Part shown: in pieces, positions 14,721 to 28,272 of the stretch
How the letters are laid out: each line of letters starts with the position of its first letter
Numbering within the stretch: position 1 is the first letter of the stretch
Source: Eledone cirrhosa
Lineage: Eukaryota
Reading direction: 5' to 3'
Assembly: GCA_964016885.1 (NCBI GenBank)
Contig: OZ024740.1
Location: 330,274,001-330,338,000 of the forward strand
DNA: 64,000 nucleotides
Notes under the pieces: model-generated
Database searches by the model: none
Told to the model about the DNA's origin: nothing
The model's input: only the letters and a program-made list of their open reading frames with translations
Position numbers and translations under genes: made by a program

Positions 14721-15824
14721 CATGTATACACATTTGAGGGACTTCTGTCCACCCGTCCATCACACAATGTGTAATGTGTGTCTGTATGAATGCATGCGTG
14801 TGTAAAAGGAAGGGAACGGATACACACATATATATGTCTAACTTAAAAACAGCGACACACACACACACGTGTCTCTAATTTAAGAACGCCGACAAACTCA
14901 CGCGCGTGCACATACATAGACTGTCCTATTACCACTCAAGAGATTTGGCCCGGGCAAACATCCTCTCAATTTTGGAACCGTCTGGGTTGTTCTGAATTGT
15001 CTTACTCTGTGCTCCTAGTCAAGAGACAGGTGTCTTGCCTGGGACATCTCAGTTAGTGACTCTTTTGCTTCTTCCCACATCCTGGATGCAGCGGTAAGGG
15101 CGAGAGCTACAGCATCCGCAGCTGAACGGAACAAAATCCTAAAATGCCATGTTCTGTTATCTAACTACATTATCCAGTCTATGTGGTCTTAGATGTGTGT
15201 ATTACGTGCCTGTGCATTTTTTTCTCTTACTTCTTTTTTCCTTTCCCTTTCCTTTGTATATATTATATTTGTTAGTATTTTCGTTCTGTAACCATTATAT
15301 CGAAAAAATAAGAGTTAATAAAGAAATAAAGATTTAATAGATAAATAAAACGTTATACTTGTTTTACCCTCCCATTTCCAATTCACCGAACGCTGCTATC
15401 GTGACTCTATGACTGTATGTGTGTGAATGTATGTATGTGTTTGTGTGAAAGTATATGTGTGACAGTATGTGAATGTGTGTGAATATATGTCCGTGAGCAT
15501 GTATATTTACAAGTTTGTGTATATGACAGTTATATACTCATAATAGTTATATATACATACATACAGATGCACATACACATAGATACACGTCAGCGTGTAG
15601 AAAACGATAATCACTATATCTGTATCTCTCCCCCACACAGACTCTCTTTTCTATATAGGTGGTAGTTGAAGTGGTGGTGGTGGCGGCGATATACCGGAAG
15701 TGTAGAAATTCGAGACTTTGAAAAGAAGTCAATTTTATATAAGCAATAAAATTATTTGCATTCATATTTATATTGAATTTAATTTAGTACATACATTATG
15801 TAATATTCATTCATTATGTATTCA

Positions 15825-15945
15825 AAGTATAGTTAACTCCGAGGTTAACTTTGCCTTTCTTCCTTACGGGGTCGATAAAATAAAGTACCAATAATGCACT
15901 GTGTGATTGCTGGCCTTGTGCCAAAAGTAGAAACAATTATTTATT
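15825..15945 (+). mobile_element. 5'-truncated OK-like SINE
   Basis: ctttgcctttctccttacggggtcgataaaataaagtacc...ggccttgtgccaaaagtagaaacaattatt. Confidence 0.8.
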
Positions 15946-16638
15946 CAAAGTCATCCAACTTATTCTACTAACTGGATTAAAAGAAAGAAACTGTATGCAG
16001 TTTAGATTGACATTGATGATATTCATTTCTCTGAGCTATAATAAATCATCTATGAAACATTTCAACATATTTTTAGTGCTTAAAATGATAGTTGTCTTTG
16101 CTTTAGTGCATTTTCGTGTGCTGATATCATATAATGTGAACTGTATATTCTTTGCTACTTGTTAGTTTAGAAATTAAATATTTCTCGAAAATATAATTCA
16201 GACTTAGTTTGACCGAGGCATGAACCTCACAAAACCCTTGAATCTTCCAGAAAATACCATATAATTCCCCATATAATTTAGTTACATATCCCGCTGCCTA
16301 CAAAAGGAATGTGTACACATGACGTTTAATAGATATATGGATTATTATCTGCTTTTGAATATGCGACGCGAGTTATAAAGAACAATATATATACACCCCT
16401 AGTCCAAAATAACTGACCCGTAAATCTTGTTATAAAAATATGAAATATTTGTTGGCCCTCTTTCACTATCTAGAGAATGAATTAACAAGACACTTCAAAT
16501 AAAATCGATAAAATGTATACCGAGAAGATATTGTATGTATCTATATAGCACATACAAAAACAGCATTCGACGATTCTAGAGGCATGGTCAAATTTGGACC
16601 TTGAAACCTTTGTTCTGCGTATGAACATAAATAATATA

Positions 16639-16693
<55 letters not shown>

Positions 16694-19166
16694 ACGTGTG
16701 TGGGTGTGTGGGTGTGTGGGTGTGTGCGTGCGTGTGTATGTGTGTGCGTGTGTGCGTGTATGTGTGTGTATATATATATATATATGTGTTTGTGTATGAA
16801 AACATATGCCGGAATCTGTCTTAGCGATACATTAAAGCGTGTCAGTACCATTTTGACCTCCTCTATGCGTGATAACCCCAAATAATACACAATGATTTTA
16901 TTGTACAAGTGAATGCGTTGTCTTAATTTCATAGAAACCAGATACACTTTGAAATTTAAATTATAATGCATGCTACGTTGACTCTTCATTTCTTTGTGCA
17001 CTCACTGATCATATATCTTTAAAATAGGCGAGTAGTTTCAAATTACGGAACACAACTTTGCAGCTTACAATTAGATTGGATGGACAAGTTTCACTGGTAT
17101 ATTATATACTTATTTCTCTTCAAGGAGTGTTAAACCCGGCTTTTTCTCTGCTATTTTATACAAAACATATATGGTGGTTTGTGTTTAATTGCATGGTGAT
17201 ACAATATTCATTGAAATTTGAATAATACTACGTTCTTTGTAAAGGTTCCACGTATATAGATCTGCCCTTTTCTTTGGAGAGGATAAAGGTGTGGTTATCT
17301 CATTTTTTATGTTTTATTTATATTTTTATTTCAGTGTTTCATGTTTTATGTGACAAAAACAAGGAAGGTGTTAATATACGTTGGAGCCTGAATATCTGTA
17401 TTATATACAAACCAGATGAACGAGAGAGCATTAGAATCATTTATTCACCGTAAACGTTACTGCAACAAGAAAACATGTTTGGGACAAGGCATACTAATTG
17501 CCTCGCGAAACACTGTCCTAAACTACTTCTTTCACGAAATGTATGTCAGGTTTTAGAGATATCTGTTTGTGAAAGGTGGTGTCACTACACGTAGGTTATT
17601 CATTTAACAGTAGAATCGCAGGCATGCCTAATACAAAATATAAATCTCAACAGTAACAAATGGAATTTAACGCAGAAGATGTGCAACATGCTTAAAATTC
17701 TTGTTCGTGCAAGCTGTCACCGTTTGCAGTAATAACAACACAATATATCCTGCTGCAAATCAAGCTTATTGGTTTAAACCATCCATATATATGCCCCTTT
17801 ATTTTCGGGGTCTGGATCTACTCAACATTCTGAATCAACACATATACAAGATTTCTTTCGTGTACACTATTTCACACAGTTTAAATATCTAGAATGTAAT
17901 AGTAATTAGCATCGTAGATGATTCTCCCCTCATTGGGTTTTACACACTTAATACATAACATAGCAAATACAGAACGCAATTATAATTTTCATAAAGCTCC
18001 TATTAAAAATGAATATAATCTGTGATCCTGGATATTTGTGGCAACGTATCTCATTGAATATTCTTGAGCTTATAAATTTCACCAGGATGGATATGTAATT
18101 TTCCAGCATTGGAACTACGCAATAATATTTCATATTTATATTAGAAAATCTAACAGAATGTATATTGCCTATAGAGGCAATGATTTGTCAACATTCTAAC
18201 AAATAATCGTCAGAACTGCCTGATTATTTCCTTTTCAATTAATGTACTTTCGAAGTTTTTGCGTGTTATCCGTTCTGGTAGGGTAAACTGTAAATCATTT
18301 TCATAAACGAGAGGCAGGGAAAGTGTTCTGTGCAGAACAAATAAATCGTAGAAGAATACGTTAATTTAACAAATGCCTTCGATTCTGTGAATAGTTATTT
18401 TTGTGGGTTATACGCCCCTCATTTATATATATACAATCAATTGAAACGCCTAACCATAATGCAGACACAAACACAGATATGTGTGTGTATGCATGTCTGT
18501 GTATGCTTATGTAAGTAAGTCACTTTAACATTTTATTCCTCAAATTATTTTCTATTGTAATTGTGAAAAACAATCTGCTACAGGCACACTGGAAAACAAA
18601 TCAATCCGATTTTGTATAACTGACACAAATGAATACGACCATGCTTCTTATGCGTTTTGTTCCCAGCTTTCTTTTAAATCCCAGAGAATTAATTTATATT
18701 TCATATTAACTACCGTATATATATTAATAAAGTAAATACTTATGTTAGTAACAATTACATAAATATTTTAGACATTAGTGAAAATTTCGACAAACCCTAT
18801 TGTTATATCAAAGACCCTTCGTAAAATACATATTAACTTCATGACACGTAACTGAAGTTTTCAAATTATATCATTCTAAACCGGAGTTTTTTTTTCAGAA
18901 CATGAATTATATCTATCTTCAAACTAAATACAGAACTGAAACGTGATATCGAACAATGGGAACCTTTCATTTATTCATTCTAAGTTTTCAAATACTATCA
19001 CAATATGAGGAAATTGAAAGTAATATTGAAAGATTTGAAAGGATATTCGTCACGTAATAAACATGATTCTGCAGCAAATATTGCTATGAGGATGAATTCT
19101 CGATTCAAAATAAGCTTACATAAGTTTCTATAGTTTTCATAGGATGTATAGAAAGTGTATATAATG

Positions 19167-19356
19167 TTCGGTTTGGCAGTATCGGTCGAGGGTCGGACGC
19201 CATGCTTTGACGCATAGAGTTACGGTCCTTGCCATTCTGAGTTCAAATCCCGCCAAGGTTTACTTTGCCTTTCATCCTTACGGGGTCGATAAAATAAAGT
19301 ACCAGCAATGCACTGGTTAATTGCTGGCCTTGCGCCAAAAGTAGAAACAATTATTT
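19167..19356 (+). mobile_element. tRNA-derived SINE (OK-like), near full length
   Basis: A-box-like tggcagtatcgg, B-box gagttcaaatccc, core and tail. Closely similar to 62812-63012. Confidence 0.85.
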
Positions 19357-19935
19357 TAGTTAACACAACTCACGCTGCAGAGTTTTATGTAAAACTTACA
19401 GTTCATTACTAGAATGAATACCAGACATTCGAAAACCATTAGTCAATACGTAACTGATATCCCCATGAAATCGTATAAAACAAAATATTCTATCATAACG
19501 TATTCATGTATCTACAAAATCCAATATAGTGTTCAAAGGATATATTGTGAAATTACCTTGACCCAGTAAAAAGAGGATATGGTCGCTAGGTTGATATTAT
19601 ATGAGTTAAATTAATATTGACTTACGTAGTTCCATAGAAACGACTAGAAACTAACAGAAATATATAGATAACATTCCATTTGAGATATCGTTTAGATTTT
19701 GCATTAACGGTGCTACATTGTTCACTTATGGGAACAATATGTTTTGTTCACTTGACTGAAAATGAAAAGGATATTTTCAAAGATTAAAACACCGCCATCA
19801 TTATCAATCCAGTCGAAACTGCTACGCCTTCTTTTTTTTTCACCTGACCGCTCTCTCTTTCACCATTATTCACAAACACATAGAGAGACCACACTGATAT
19901 TAATCAAACACAATCCCACACCATGCGGATATGCA

Positions 19936-20009
<74 letters not shown>

Positions 20010-20438
20010 GTATATATATATGTATATATGTGTGTGTGTGTGTGTGTAATATAACAGTCAATTGACAAGATCCAAGTCTTCATTTGCTTAAGGAGTGAGA
20101 TGGAGCTCGTTGAATCGAACCCAGGAAACAATTTTCCATTAGGCTTCTCAATTGGTGATATTATCTAAGGAGCAACGTGTCTGGCTCAAGGATAGAGCAC
20201 AATCTCACGAATGTGAATCAAATATATATATATATACATTTGATTCACATTCGTAACATTGTGATAAGTCCGTATATATATATATATTGTTATACTTTGG
20301 GAGGGTCATGTTGCCAACAAGAAACACACGCACCAGTCGATTTCATTCCAATTTATTATAAATTAAATTATAAAATTAAACATTTATAAATTTCCGGTTG
20401 TTTGGTTGGTTACACAACCGGACGGTTGTTCATATATT

Positions 20439-20480
20439 GTCAAAGTTATTTCGTCACATATGCTGTGTCTCTTCAGTGAC
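20439..20480 (-). ncRNA. Minimal hammerhead motif in pLTR
   Basis: Minus strand: gtca-CTGAAGA-gacaca..tgtgac-GAAA-taac-TT-tgac. Confidence 0.65.
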
Positions 20481-22121
20481 TGGGGCACAAGACAAAGAAA
20501 AGAATTTCTTTGTTTTGTGCCTCTCCTTTGTTCTGTCCTATGCCATCTTGTTTCTGTGTGTGTTGTGTGCTTAGTTTGCGCATGTGTTACATCTGGGTGT
20601 CTGTGTGTGTTTTTATTTCTTTATTTATTTGTTTATTTACATGTTACTGGTTGGATGTTTGTTCTATGTGTGCGTGTTTTCATTTTGTCCTTAATTGTAA
20701 GTTGTGATGTGGCTATTCCATTCATGTTTTCTATTTAATTTGGTTGGAGTTCATTTATGTTTATTGCCTCTGTGATTTGTCTAAACATTGCGTCTTTTCT
20801 GTGTGTAGATTTTATTTTTATTGCTATGTTCTCTAATTTGCCACTATGTTCTATTTTAGCATGTTGGTGGAGTACTGATGATTCATTTCCACCTTGAAGT
20901 TCTCGCCAGTGTTCATTTAATCGTTCTTCTATACTACAAGTTGTCTCACCTATGTACACTATATTCTTATCTTTACATTGTCCTTCAATAAATCTTATGC
21001 TATATACTTTGTTTCTAGTTTTACAGTTAATATGGGGGCTTAGTTAACAGATTATGCATTTCTTATCTATACAGGGAGGTCTTTAAAACTGGTCATTCTA
21101 CTATCTTAATATTTAGTTTAAGTTTATCTAGGTCCCTTCTAAATTTGTAAGCTAGTTCACCTCTATGGGTTGTATTGATGAACAATTTATTGCTATCATA
21201 CCATGAGTTTATTCTATTAACCTTATTCCTAGTATTTCTATTCTATTCCAAAATTTGCTCCTATACAAGGTGCAGGTCCCATTTGTATCACTATTTACCA
21301 TTTTTTCCCATTTGGTCCTGGCTCCTCTAAATACTCTGATTTTATCTCTTTGATTGTAACCAGAGAACTGCATACGGTGGATGAAGTGTTGTATGTGTCT
21401 CTCTAGTTCTTCCGGGTTGCACATGCGGGACACGTTTCTCATCACCCGTACTAAATCCATAATCAGTATGTTGATTTTGGTGTGATCCGAACCAGATGAG
21501 TTTCGGTGGATCAGATATTTGGAAGTCATGGGTTTGGCATAATGGGAATGGAGGATTTGTTTTTTGTTATTAATGGTTTCTAACCAGAGCACTGTGTCTA
21601 GTACAGGTAATCGATGGTTGGGGTGTTTCCTTCGGTAGTCTATAGTAACTCTATTACTCTGGTGGATGGAGTTAGCCATTTGCTGGATGCTTTCCATGGT
21701 GTTTTTCTCTAATTCCTGTCTGTTCTCTAGTGGGGTGTTTTTACTATGATGTTTATATCATCAACGTAGCGAGAGTACATTATCAGGGTTAAGAGGTTGC
21801 TGTCTTCCAATTGTTCTTTAAGTTTATTGTCCCACCATACCATGAATAGGTTAGCTATGTCACCTGCAATGCTAACACAAATGGCTGCTCCCTCCTCTTG
21901 GGCATATATTTTTCCATTAAATTTGAACATATGTTCCTTAAGGGTTAATTTTATAAAACAACCAACCAGTAACATGTAAATAAACAAATAAATAAACAAA
22001 TAAAAACACACACGGACACCCAGATGTAACACATGCGCAAACTAAGCACACACCAAACACAAAAACAAGATGGCGCAGGCCAGAACAAAGGAAAGGCAGA
22101 ACACAAAGAAAATAATCCCCA

Positions 22122-22164
22122 GTCACTGAAGAGGTCACAGAATGTGTGACGAAAGAACTTTGAC
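22122..22164 (+). ncRNA. Minimal hammerhead motif in inverted pLTR
   Basis: gtca-CTGAAGA-g-gtcaca..tgtgac-GAAA-gaac-TT-tgac. Confidence 0.7.
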
Positions 22165-22384
22165 AATATATGAACAACCGTCCGGTTGTGTAACCAACCA
22201 GCCGGAAATTTATAAATTTTTAAATTTATAATTTAATTTATAATAAATTGTAGTGAAAGCAACTGGTGCGTGTGTTTCTTATTGGCAACATGACCCTCCC
22301 AACGTATAACAATATCGGTTTCAACAGACGTTTTCAGATAAGGAATCTTGCTAAACACATTCAGAAACGAAATATATTTATATG

Positions 22385-23110
22385 ATACCTAACTGTACGA
22401 GTTTAATTGGTTCCATGACCGATCTCGTTTAACGAATTACTCGTTTTACAAATTAATTGTCCCCATTGAAATTAATTGAAATATAAATAATCTGCTCCAC
22501 CCCCACACCTCAATTATCCAAATATCATTTTGTGTGGGTTTTAAAACAGGAACTGTGCAGTTACAAGGTAATAACAATTAAAAAACACAATAAAAAAAGA
22601 AAATACCAGAGAAATAAGTAAACTGGATTTACTAATTTAATAACATTAAAGATGGAGCGATTTGTGCTGAAGGAAGTCGATGAAGCTGAGAGGGGGAACA
22701 TTATTGTTTGGAAGGAGAATCTCCTTCCATTAAGGCCTCAGGAAAAACAATTTCTGCCGTTTTCTCTCCCGCTTCATTTAGGATTTTTGGACACACTTTC
22801 TCTGCACTTGTAGATAATTTCAGTAGAAACATATAAAGAGAAGTCTACATTTACCTGCATTTCAAAATGTTACGAAAATGCACCAGAACAATGTCATTAA
22901 ATAAAACTGCACGACATGCAGATACTTTTGCAGAATGATTTTTTTCTAAAAATTCCGAAACATCTTCCCACTTTGCCAAGACTGGTTTGATATCACACGG
23001 AAAGATAGTCTCTGCTAAAATGTCCTCCTCGGGGAACCATTCTCTTCCTCTAAATAATAGCAAAAACTGAACAAAACTAAAAAAATAACACTTGGAAAGA
23101 TATAATAGGG
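22385..23110 (-). mobile_element. Tigger/pogo-like DNA transposon 3' relic
   Basis: KWEDVSEFLEKNH..CRAVLFND..HFRNILKCR followed by PEALMEGDSPSKQ* resembles TIGD/Tigger transposase C-termini. A terminal-like sequence (tacgagtttaattggttcc) lies at ~22395. Confidence 0.65.
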
Positions 23111-23279
23111 ATTCTGCCACAATGAGATAAACACGCAAACTGAGCGAGAGGAGGCTACGCTTTTTGAGCGTCTGCTAGCTCAGAAAGGACTAGCGGAACG
23201 CTTGTTGGGCGTCTGCTAGCTCAGAAAGGACTAGAGGACACTTGTATGAAACTCGCTCGTACTGCGGAGACGGGGGGAG

Positions 23280-26200
23280 ACGGGGGGGGGGGGGTCGGAG
23301 CGGGGAGGGTTGAGGTGGTGTGTGTGTAAGTGTACGTGTGTGTGTGTGGATGTGAATGCGATAGTTGGGGAAAGAACGAGATTCCATGTTCGGGTAATAG
23401 GGAAACCGTTATGTACATGGGGTGGGGTAAAATCGGTGTGTGTGTGCGTGTGGCGGAGATAGAGGTGGTGAAATGGAGGAAGGCTGGAAGGAGCAGAAGA
23501 AGGAGAGAAAGGAGTCGAGCTGCTCTCAGGTGAGGATCGTGGCCCCAATACAGTCATCGATATAACGACCGTACAGTTCGAGCGTGGGAACGGTATATTG
23601 GGCAAAGATTTCGACTTCGACATGGCCAACGAAAAGGTTGCAATAGCTGGGACCCATTCTTGTGTCCATGGCTACCCCAATGACCTGCTGTTAAACCTCA
23701 CCCGAGAAGGAGAAGCAGTTAAAAGTGAGGACCAGCTCAGCGAGGCGATGGAAGGTGGGGGTGGAGGGGATGGGGTACGAGCGGAGGTGGTGCCGGAGGG
23801 CGCGTAGGCAGTCAGCGTGCGGGATGATGGTGTAAAGGGAGGGGGACTAGGGGGGCGAGAATGGAGCCAAGAAAGGCGGAGATGAGTTCTCAGGGGCAGT
23901 TGCAGCGGCGACAATGGGGCGGCCTGGGTTGTCGATTGTGGTCTTGGGGAAAAAGTAGATGGTGCGTGTGCGGGGTGTGCGGACGATGAGGTGGGAAGCG
24001 GTGGAGGGTGGAGTTAGGAGGAGACGAGGTGTTGGATGGTGGAGGATACTTGTTGGTAGAGGGGGTGGGGTCGGAAGGTAGAGGTTGGTAGAGGAGGGGG
24101 TTACGGAGTTGCCTGAGTGCTTCGGCCGTGTAGAGACCAGCGCGCCAACCACCACGGCGCCTCCCTTGTCCGCCGGTTTGATAACGATGTCGTCGCGGCG
24201 ACGGTGGGAGCGGAGAGGGAGGAGTTCACCCTGTATGATGCTATGCCGTTTGGAGCGGCGGCGGAGGTCGAAGCGATTTACTGCGCTCCGGCAGGCGTCG
24301 ACGAATGTGTCCACGATTCTAAATCGCCCGGGTGCCGGCCTCCAATATGAAGGTTGTCGGCCCAGGGCGAGAAAGGGGTCTAGGGCGTACGGAGCCGGTA
24401 GGGTGTTGTAGAAGTGTGCATGTAGCTTGGTGCGTCGCATACATCTCTCGACATCCGCTCGGGTGTGTAACTCGTCGCTGTACGGGGTGTGGGGTATGAA
24501 GCGCAGGCCTCTACTGAAGAGTGAGCGCTCAGGTGCGGAGAGCGGGAGGTCCGGGGATATGGTGACAACAAGTGGAGTGGGGAGTTGATGTGGGGGTAAG
24601 AAGCGGGGGGTAGGTCTGGGTGAGGGGGGTGTCGGTGGTTGTTTTGGAAGGGTGAGTGTAGCTTATGGGATTTAGTGGAGGTGAAGAAGGAGAAGAGGTC
24701 GTAGGCGAGGTTTTGGATGAAGAGGAAGGTGGAGTGGCAGGGAGTGGGTGACACGCGGAGTGGAAGTGGATGAGTGGTTGTGGTCGAGGTTGCAGATGGT
24801 GGAGAGGGAGGAAAGGGGGGAGCTGCGCATGAGGAGACGCGAGGAGCGGGTGAGGATACGTTGGGTGAAGGGTGAAGCGGAGGTGGAGATGTGGAAGTGC
24901 AGTCGGAAACCAAGGGAGATGAGGTGGAGGTAGAGGCAGCGGCTGAGGAAATGCCGTGTTTTTGCGAAGAGGAAATAGGAGAGTTGGAGGGCCGAGGGGA
25001 GATAGCATGGTGGGAGTTGGGGTGAGGAAGTGTTTAAGTCGGGTGTGGAGTTGGTGGAGAAAGGAATTTAGGCTGGGCATGGAGAAGTGGTCAAAAAGCA
25101 AGAGGGTGGTGGAAGAGAAGAGAAGTGTGTGGTGCGAGGAGGAAGTGGTACGAAAGGAGCGAATGCAAATAAGATAAACAGAGACGGGGCGGAAAGGGGA
25201 CGGAAAAATCAATACAAAATTATCATAAACAGGTGAAAATACAAACAGAAAAATCATAAACAAAACATCATAAGCAGAAAAATAAACAAATAAAATAATT
25301 AAAACATAATTTTAAAAAATGGCCAGAAAATCGGAGACTGAATGAGAATAGGTTTTGTGAGAGATTTTGAGGAAAAGTCAAGAGGTTGCTCACTGCGAAT
25401 TAAATCGGTGTTGAATCGGTGGTCGAAGGTGGTACTCGTGGGTGGCGTAGAAGCCGTGTAAGCGTGTATATATATTTTATGGTTGAGACTAAACAACGTG
25501 GAAGCGAAGAGGCAGTACAAATGTTAATATTAGTTTGGCACTTGATAGTGTGGTGTGGGGGACGACGTTTCGGGCACTAAGCCCTTCATCAGGAGAAAAA
25601 TGGGCAGGAAAATAGTTCCGAGTGTGTGAGGGGGAGTGGTGGAAAGACATTAAAATGGGAGGAGGGAGAAAACGGAGGAAAAACATTTTTTTAGAGGGTA
25701 AACAAAATTAAAATGAAACACGTCGTGAAAGGGTGTGAGGCATTTAGGGGTGATGGTGGGTGGAAACGGGAGAGGGAGACGGGGGATCAGAGCGGGGAGG
25801 GCTAAAGGTGGTGTGTGTGTATGTGTGTAGGTGTACGTGTGTGTGTGTGTGGATGTAAATGTGAGAGTTGGGGGAAGAACAAGGTTCTATGTTCGGGTAA
25901 TAGGGAAACCAGTGTGTACATGGGGTGGGGTGAAAGTCGGTGTGTGTGTGCGTGTGGATGGAGAGGAGTCAGAGGGCGTGGGGGGAGGGGGCATGTGGAG
26001 TTCGGAGGCTGATTGTGTGTATGTGAGGATACGCACGTGTGTGTGTGTGTGTGTTTTTGTGTGGAGTGGGTGTATTGTTGAGTGATGCGAAAATAGTGTA
26101 AGGTTTTGCGTGTGTGTGTGTGTGTTCTTGGGTGATTTTGCACAGAATATAGGGCCGGATGTTGCAGATTCTGAGTGTGACATGGTAGATAGTTGACGAT

Positions 26201-26640
26201 GTGGACAGGTAGCGTAAAATCCTAGTATGGTAGTGAGGAAGTGGTGAGTTGTGCGCGCGCAACAGGAAGTGGTCAGAGGGTGAATGCAGGGCGAAGGAAG
26301 TAGGAGATAGCAGTAGGAAGGTGACAGCAGGCAGGGTAGTGATAGGTTTAGAGATGGTCAGTGTGTGGTGTGCAATGTGTGTGTCTGTGCGGAGGTGCGG
26401 TGGACGGGGGAGGGATGGGTATGTGGGAAACGTTGTGGGAGAGGGTAGCGGTGCGGGGATGTATATTAGTGGGGGTTGTTGGTAGTGCGGGGAGCGAGAG
26501 AGGGAGAGAGAAGGTGCTGGGGACTGTCGGAGAGAGTGTAATGTACTGGTGTTTGTGCGCGCGTTTGGATTAACGCATATAACTATCGACAATCTCTCCA
26601 AAGTTTATTAGAATTACTCCACTCTGGTCGATGTTTCCCC
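23280..26640 (-). mobile_element. Decayed Penelope-like element with direct repeats and hammerhead
   Basis: Minus translations give IVIKPADKGGAVVV, YFFPK..NPGRPIV, GVAMDTRMGPSYCNLFVGHVE and RYIDD. A ~170 bp direct repeat lies at 23290-23455 and 25780-25960. Confidence 0.85.
25564..25592 (-). ncRNA. Minimal hammerhead core upstream of the PLE ORF
   Basis: Minus strand: CTGATGA-a-gggc-ttagt-gccc-GAAA-cg-TC. Stem I pairs weakly. Confidence 0.6.
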
Positions 26641-27059
26641 TCTCAGATATAAAATGAGAACCTTTTTCATACAAATGTAATTGAAGAACAAGTAATCATT
26701 CCCAAACAATTTCTTGGTAAATATACACTACAAATCTCAGATTCAGTGTAACACGTATCAGTTATGAGTCTCTTATTGCATCAAATGTATTAATGTACAC
26801 TTTCTCTACACCTAAAACAAAATAGCTATTGAAGTTAACGTAGGTTATGTTCGAAGTGGGAAAACACTTTTATTGAAAGGTGATTATTTTTTATAAGCGG
26901 AGATGGAGAGATAAGATGGTGAAACTCCGATATAAAGAGAAAATCATCTAAAAACAAAATGCAACCAGCTTCGGCAGCACATAGAGTTAATTCCCTGTGT
27001 CTCTGTGTACGCAGTGAATATAGAGAAACATTTACGTAATTTCGTAATTTCTTTTCCAC

Positions 27060-27330
27060 GTTGCTGATTCTATTTCAAACGTTCTTGGTACACTGCGCAC
27101 TTTTTTCAAATGACACTCACCTCTCAGCAGTGTTTCAGAGAGTGAAGCTATATCAATACTGTACCCAACCATTTCTTTTGCTATGAATCCCGATAGGCAT
27201 TCAGGATTAATTAACAATTGTTGTAGCATCTCTTGGTTTCTCCCTGATAATACGATCTACCACCAACCGCAGACTGCAGGTTACATTGTTGACTGAACAG
27301 GCTTTGTCTAGTTCACCTTTCTACACCGTT
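27060..27330 (-). mobile_element. RTE/BovB-like 5' remnant (AP endonuclease start)
   Basis: FIAKEMVGYSIDIASLSETLLRGECHL resembles the RTE motif ELxRYxIDIAALSETR. Confidence 0.6.
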
Positions 27331-27479
27331 GCTATGCGGTACTGGTTAGCAGTGCTTCTCTAAATATGGCAGCTGAGATGCTCAAGATTCCACCGAAATG
27401 GCAAAAACATGAAATATATATATATACATATATATATATATAACGCGGATTCGCTTTTTTCTGTGATATATATATACAC

Positions 27480-28156
27480 ATGTGTGTGTGTACAAATAAC
27501 ATATATATATATATATAAACGGAAAAAAATGAAACGAAATTTCATTTCTCACTCTTAGTACGTCTGTTACTTAAATATAAGTATCTATACGTACATACAT
27601 ATATGTATACAGACATACAGTAGTATATATATATATATATACATACATGCACACATATATATATATATGTACGTATGGATTCACCGAATATTTATTATAA
27701 TGCTCGGTGTGTTTGTAAACAAACATTCCGTATTAAGCCGTACAGTGTCTAGCAACCATCGTTGCACATTTGATCAACACTGATAAATGAACGATGTAGT
27801 AGTTTCAAGCTTATTAGCTATCGTCAGCAACGTATACCTTCCTGGCCGATGATTGGACGTCTGAAAGTATATACTTTCCTTATGCATATTAACGGCTGAG
27901 CAGCCTAATTTGCATATCGAGTGAGTTAATCGGACGGTTACTCGATGGTTGCTAGATACTGTACGGCTTCAAACACACCGAGCATTATAATAAATGTTCG
28001 ATGAATCCATACGTACATATATATGTGTGCATGTATGTATATATATATACATACTACTGTATGTCTGTATACATATATGTATGCACGTATACATACTTAT
28101 ATTTAAGTAACAGCCGTACTAAGAGTGATAAATGAAATTTCGTTTCATTTTTTCCG

Positions 28157-28201
<45 letters not shown>

Positions 28202-28237
28202 GAGTGCATGCGTATGTTATTTGTACACACACACACA

Positions 28238-28240
<3 letters not shown>
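27480..28240. repeat. Long inverted repeat / foldback (MITE-like), arms ~280 bp
   Basis: 27480-27761 is the reverse complement of 27943-28240 (e.g. aaatgaaacgaaatttcattt / aaatgaaatttcgtttcattt; ctagcaaccatcg / cgatggttgctag). Confidence 0.9.

Positions 28241-28272
<32 letters not shown>

Larger units (their letters stand above)
20284..22315 (-). mobile_element. Penelope-like element (partial RT + GIY-YIG) bounded by ~370 bp inverted pseudo-LTRs
   Basis: Minus ORFs give FKFNGKIYAQEEGAAI..RYVDD (RT core), LPVLD..HYAKPM (thumb) and YIGET..ERLNEH..ITEAINI (GIY-YIG). 20284-20660 is the reverse complement of 21956-22315. Confidence 0.9.

Noticed and set aside
23166-23235. gcgtctgctagctcagaaaggactag repeated twice (CRISPR-like spacing)
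   Set aside because: Only two units in a eukaryotic repeat junction with no cas genes. A local duplication is more likely.
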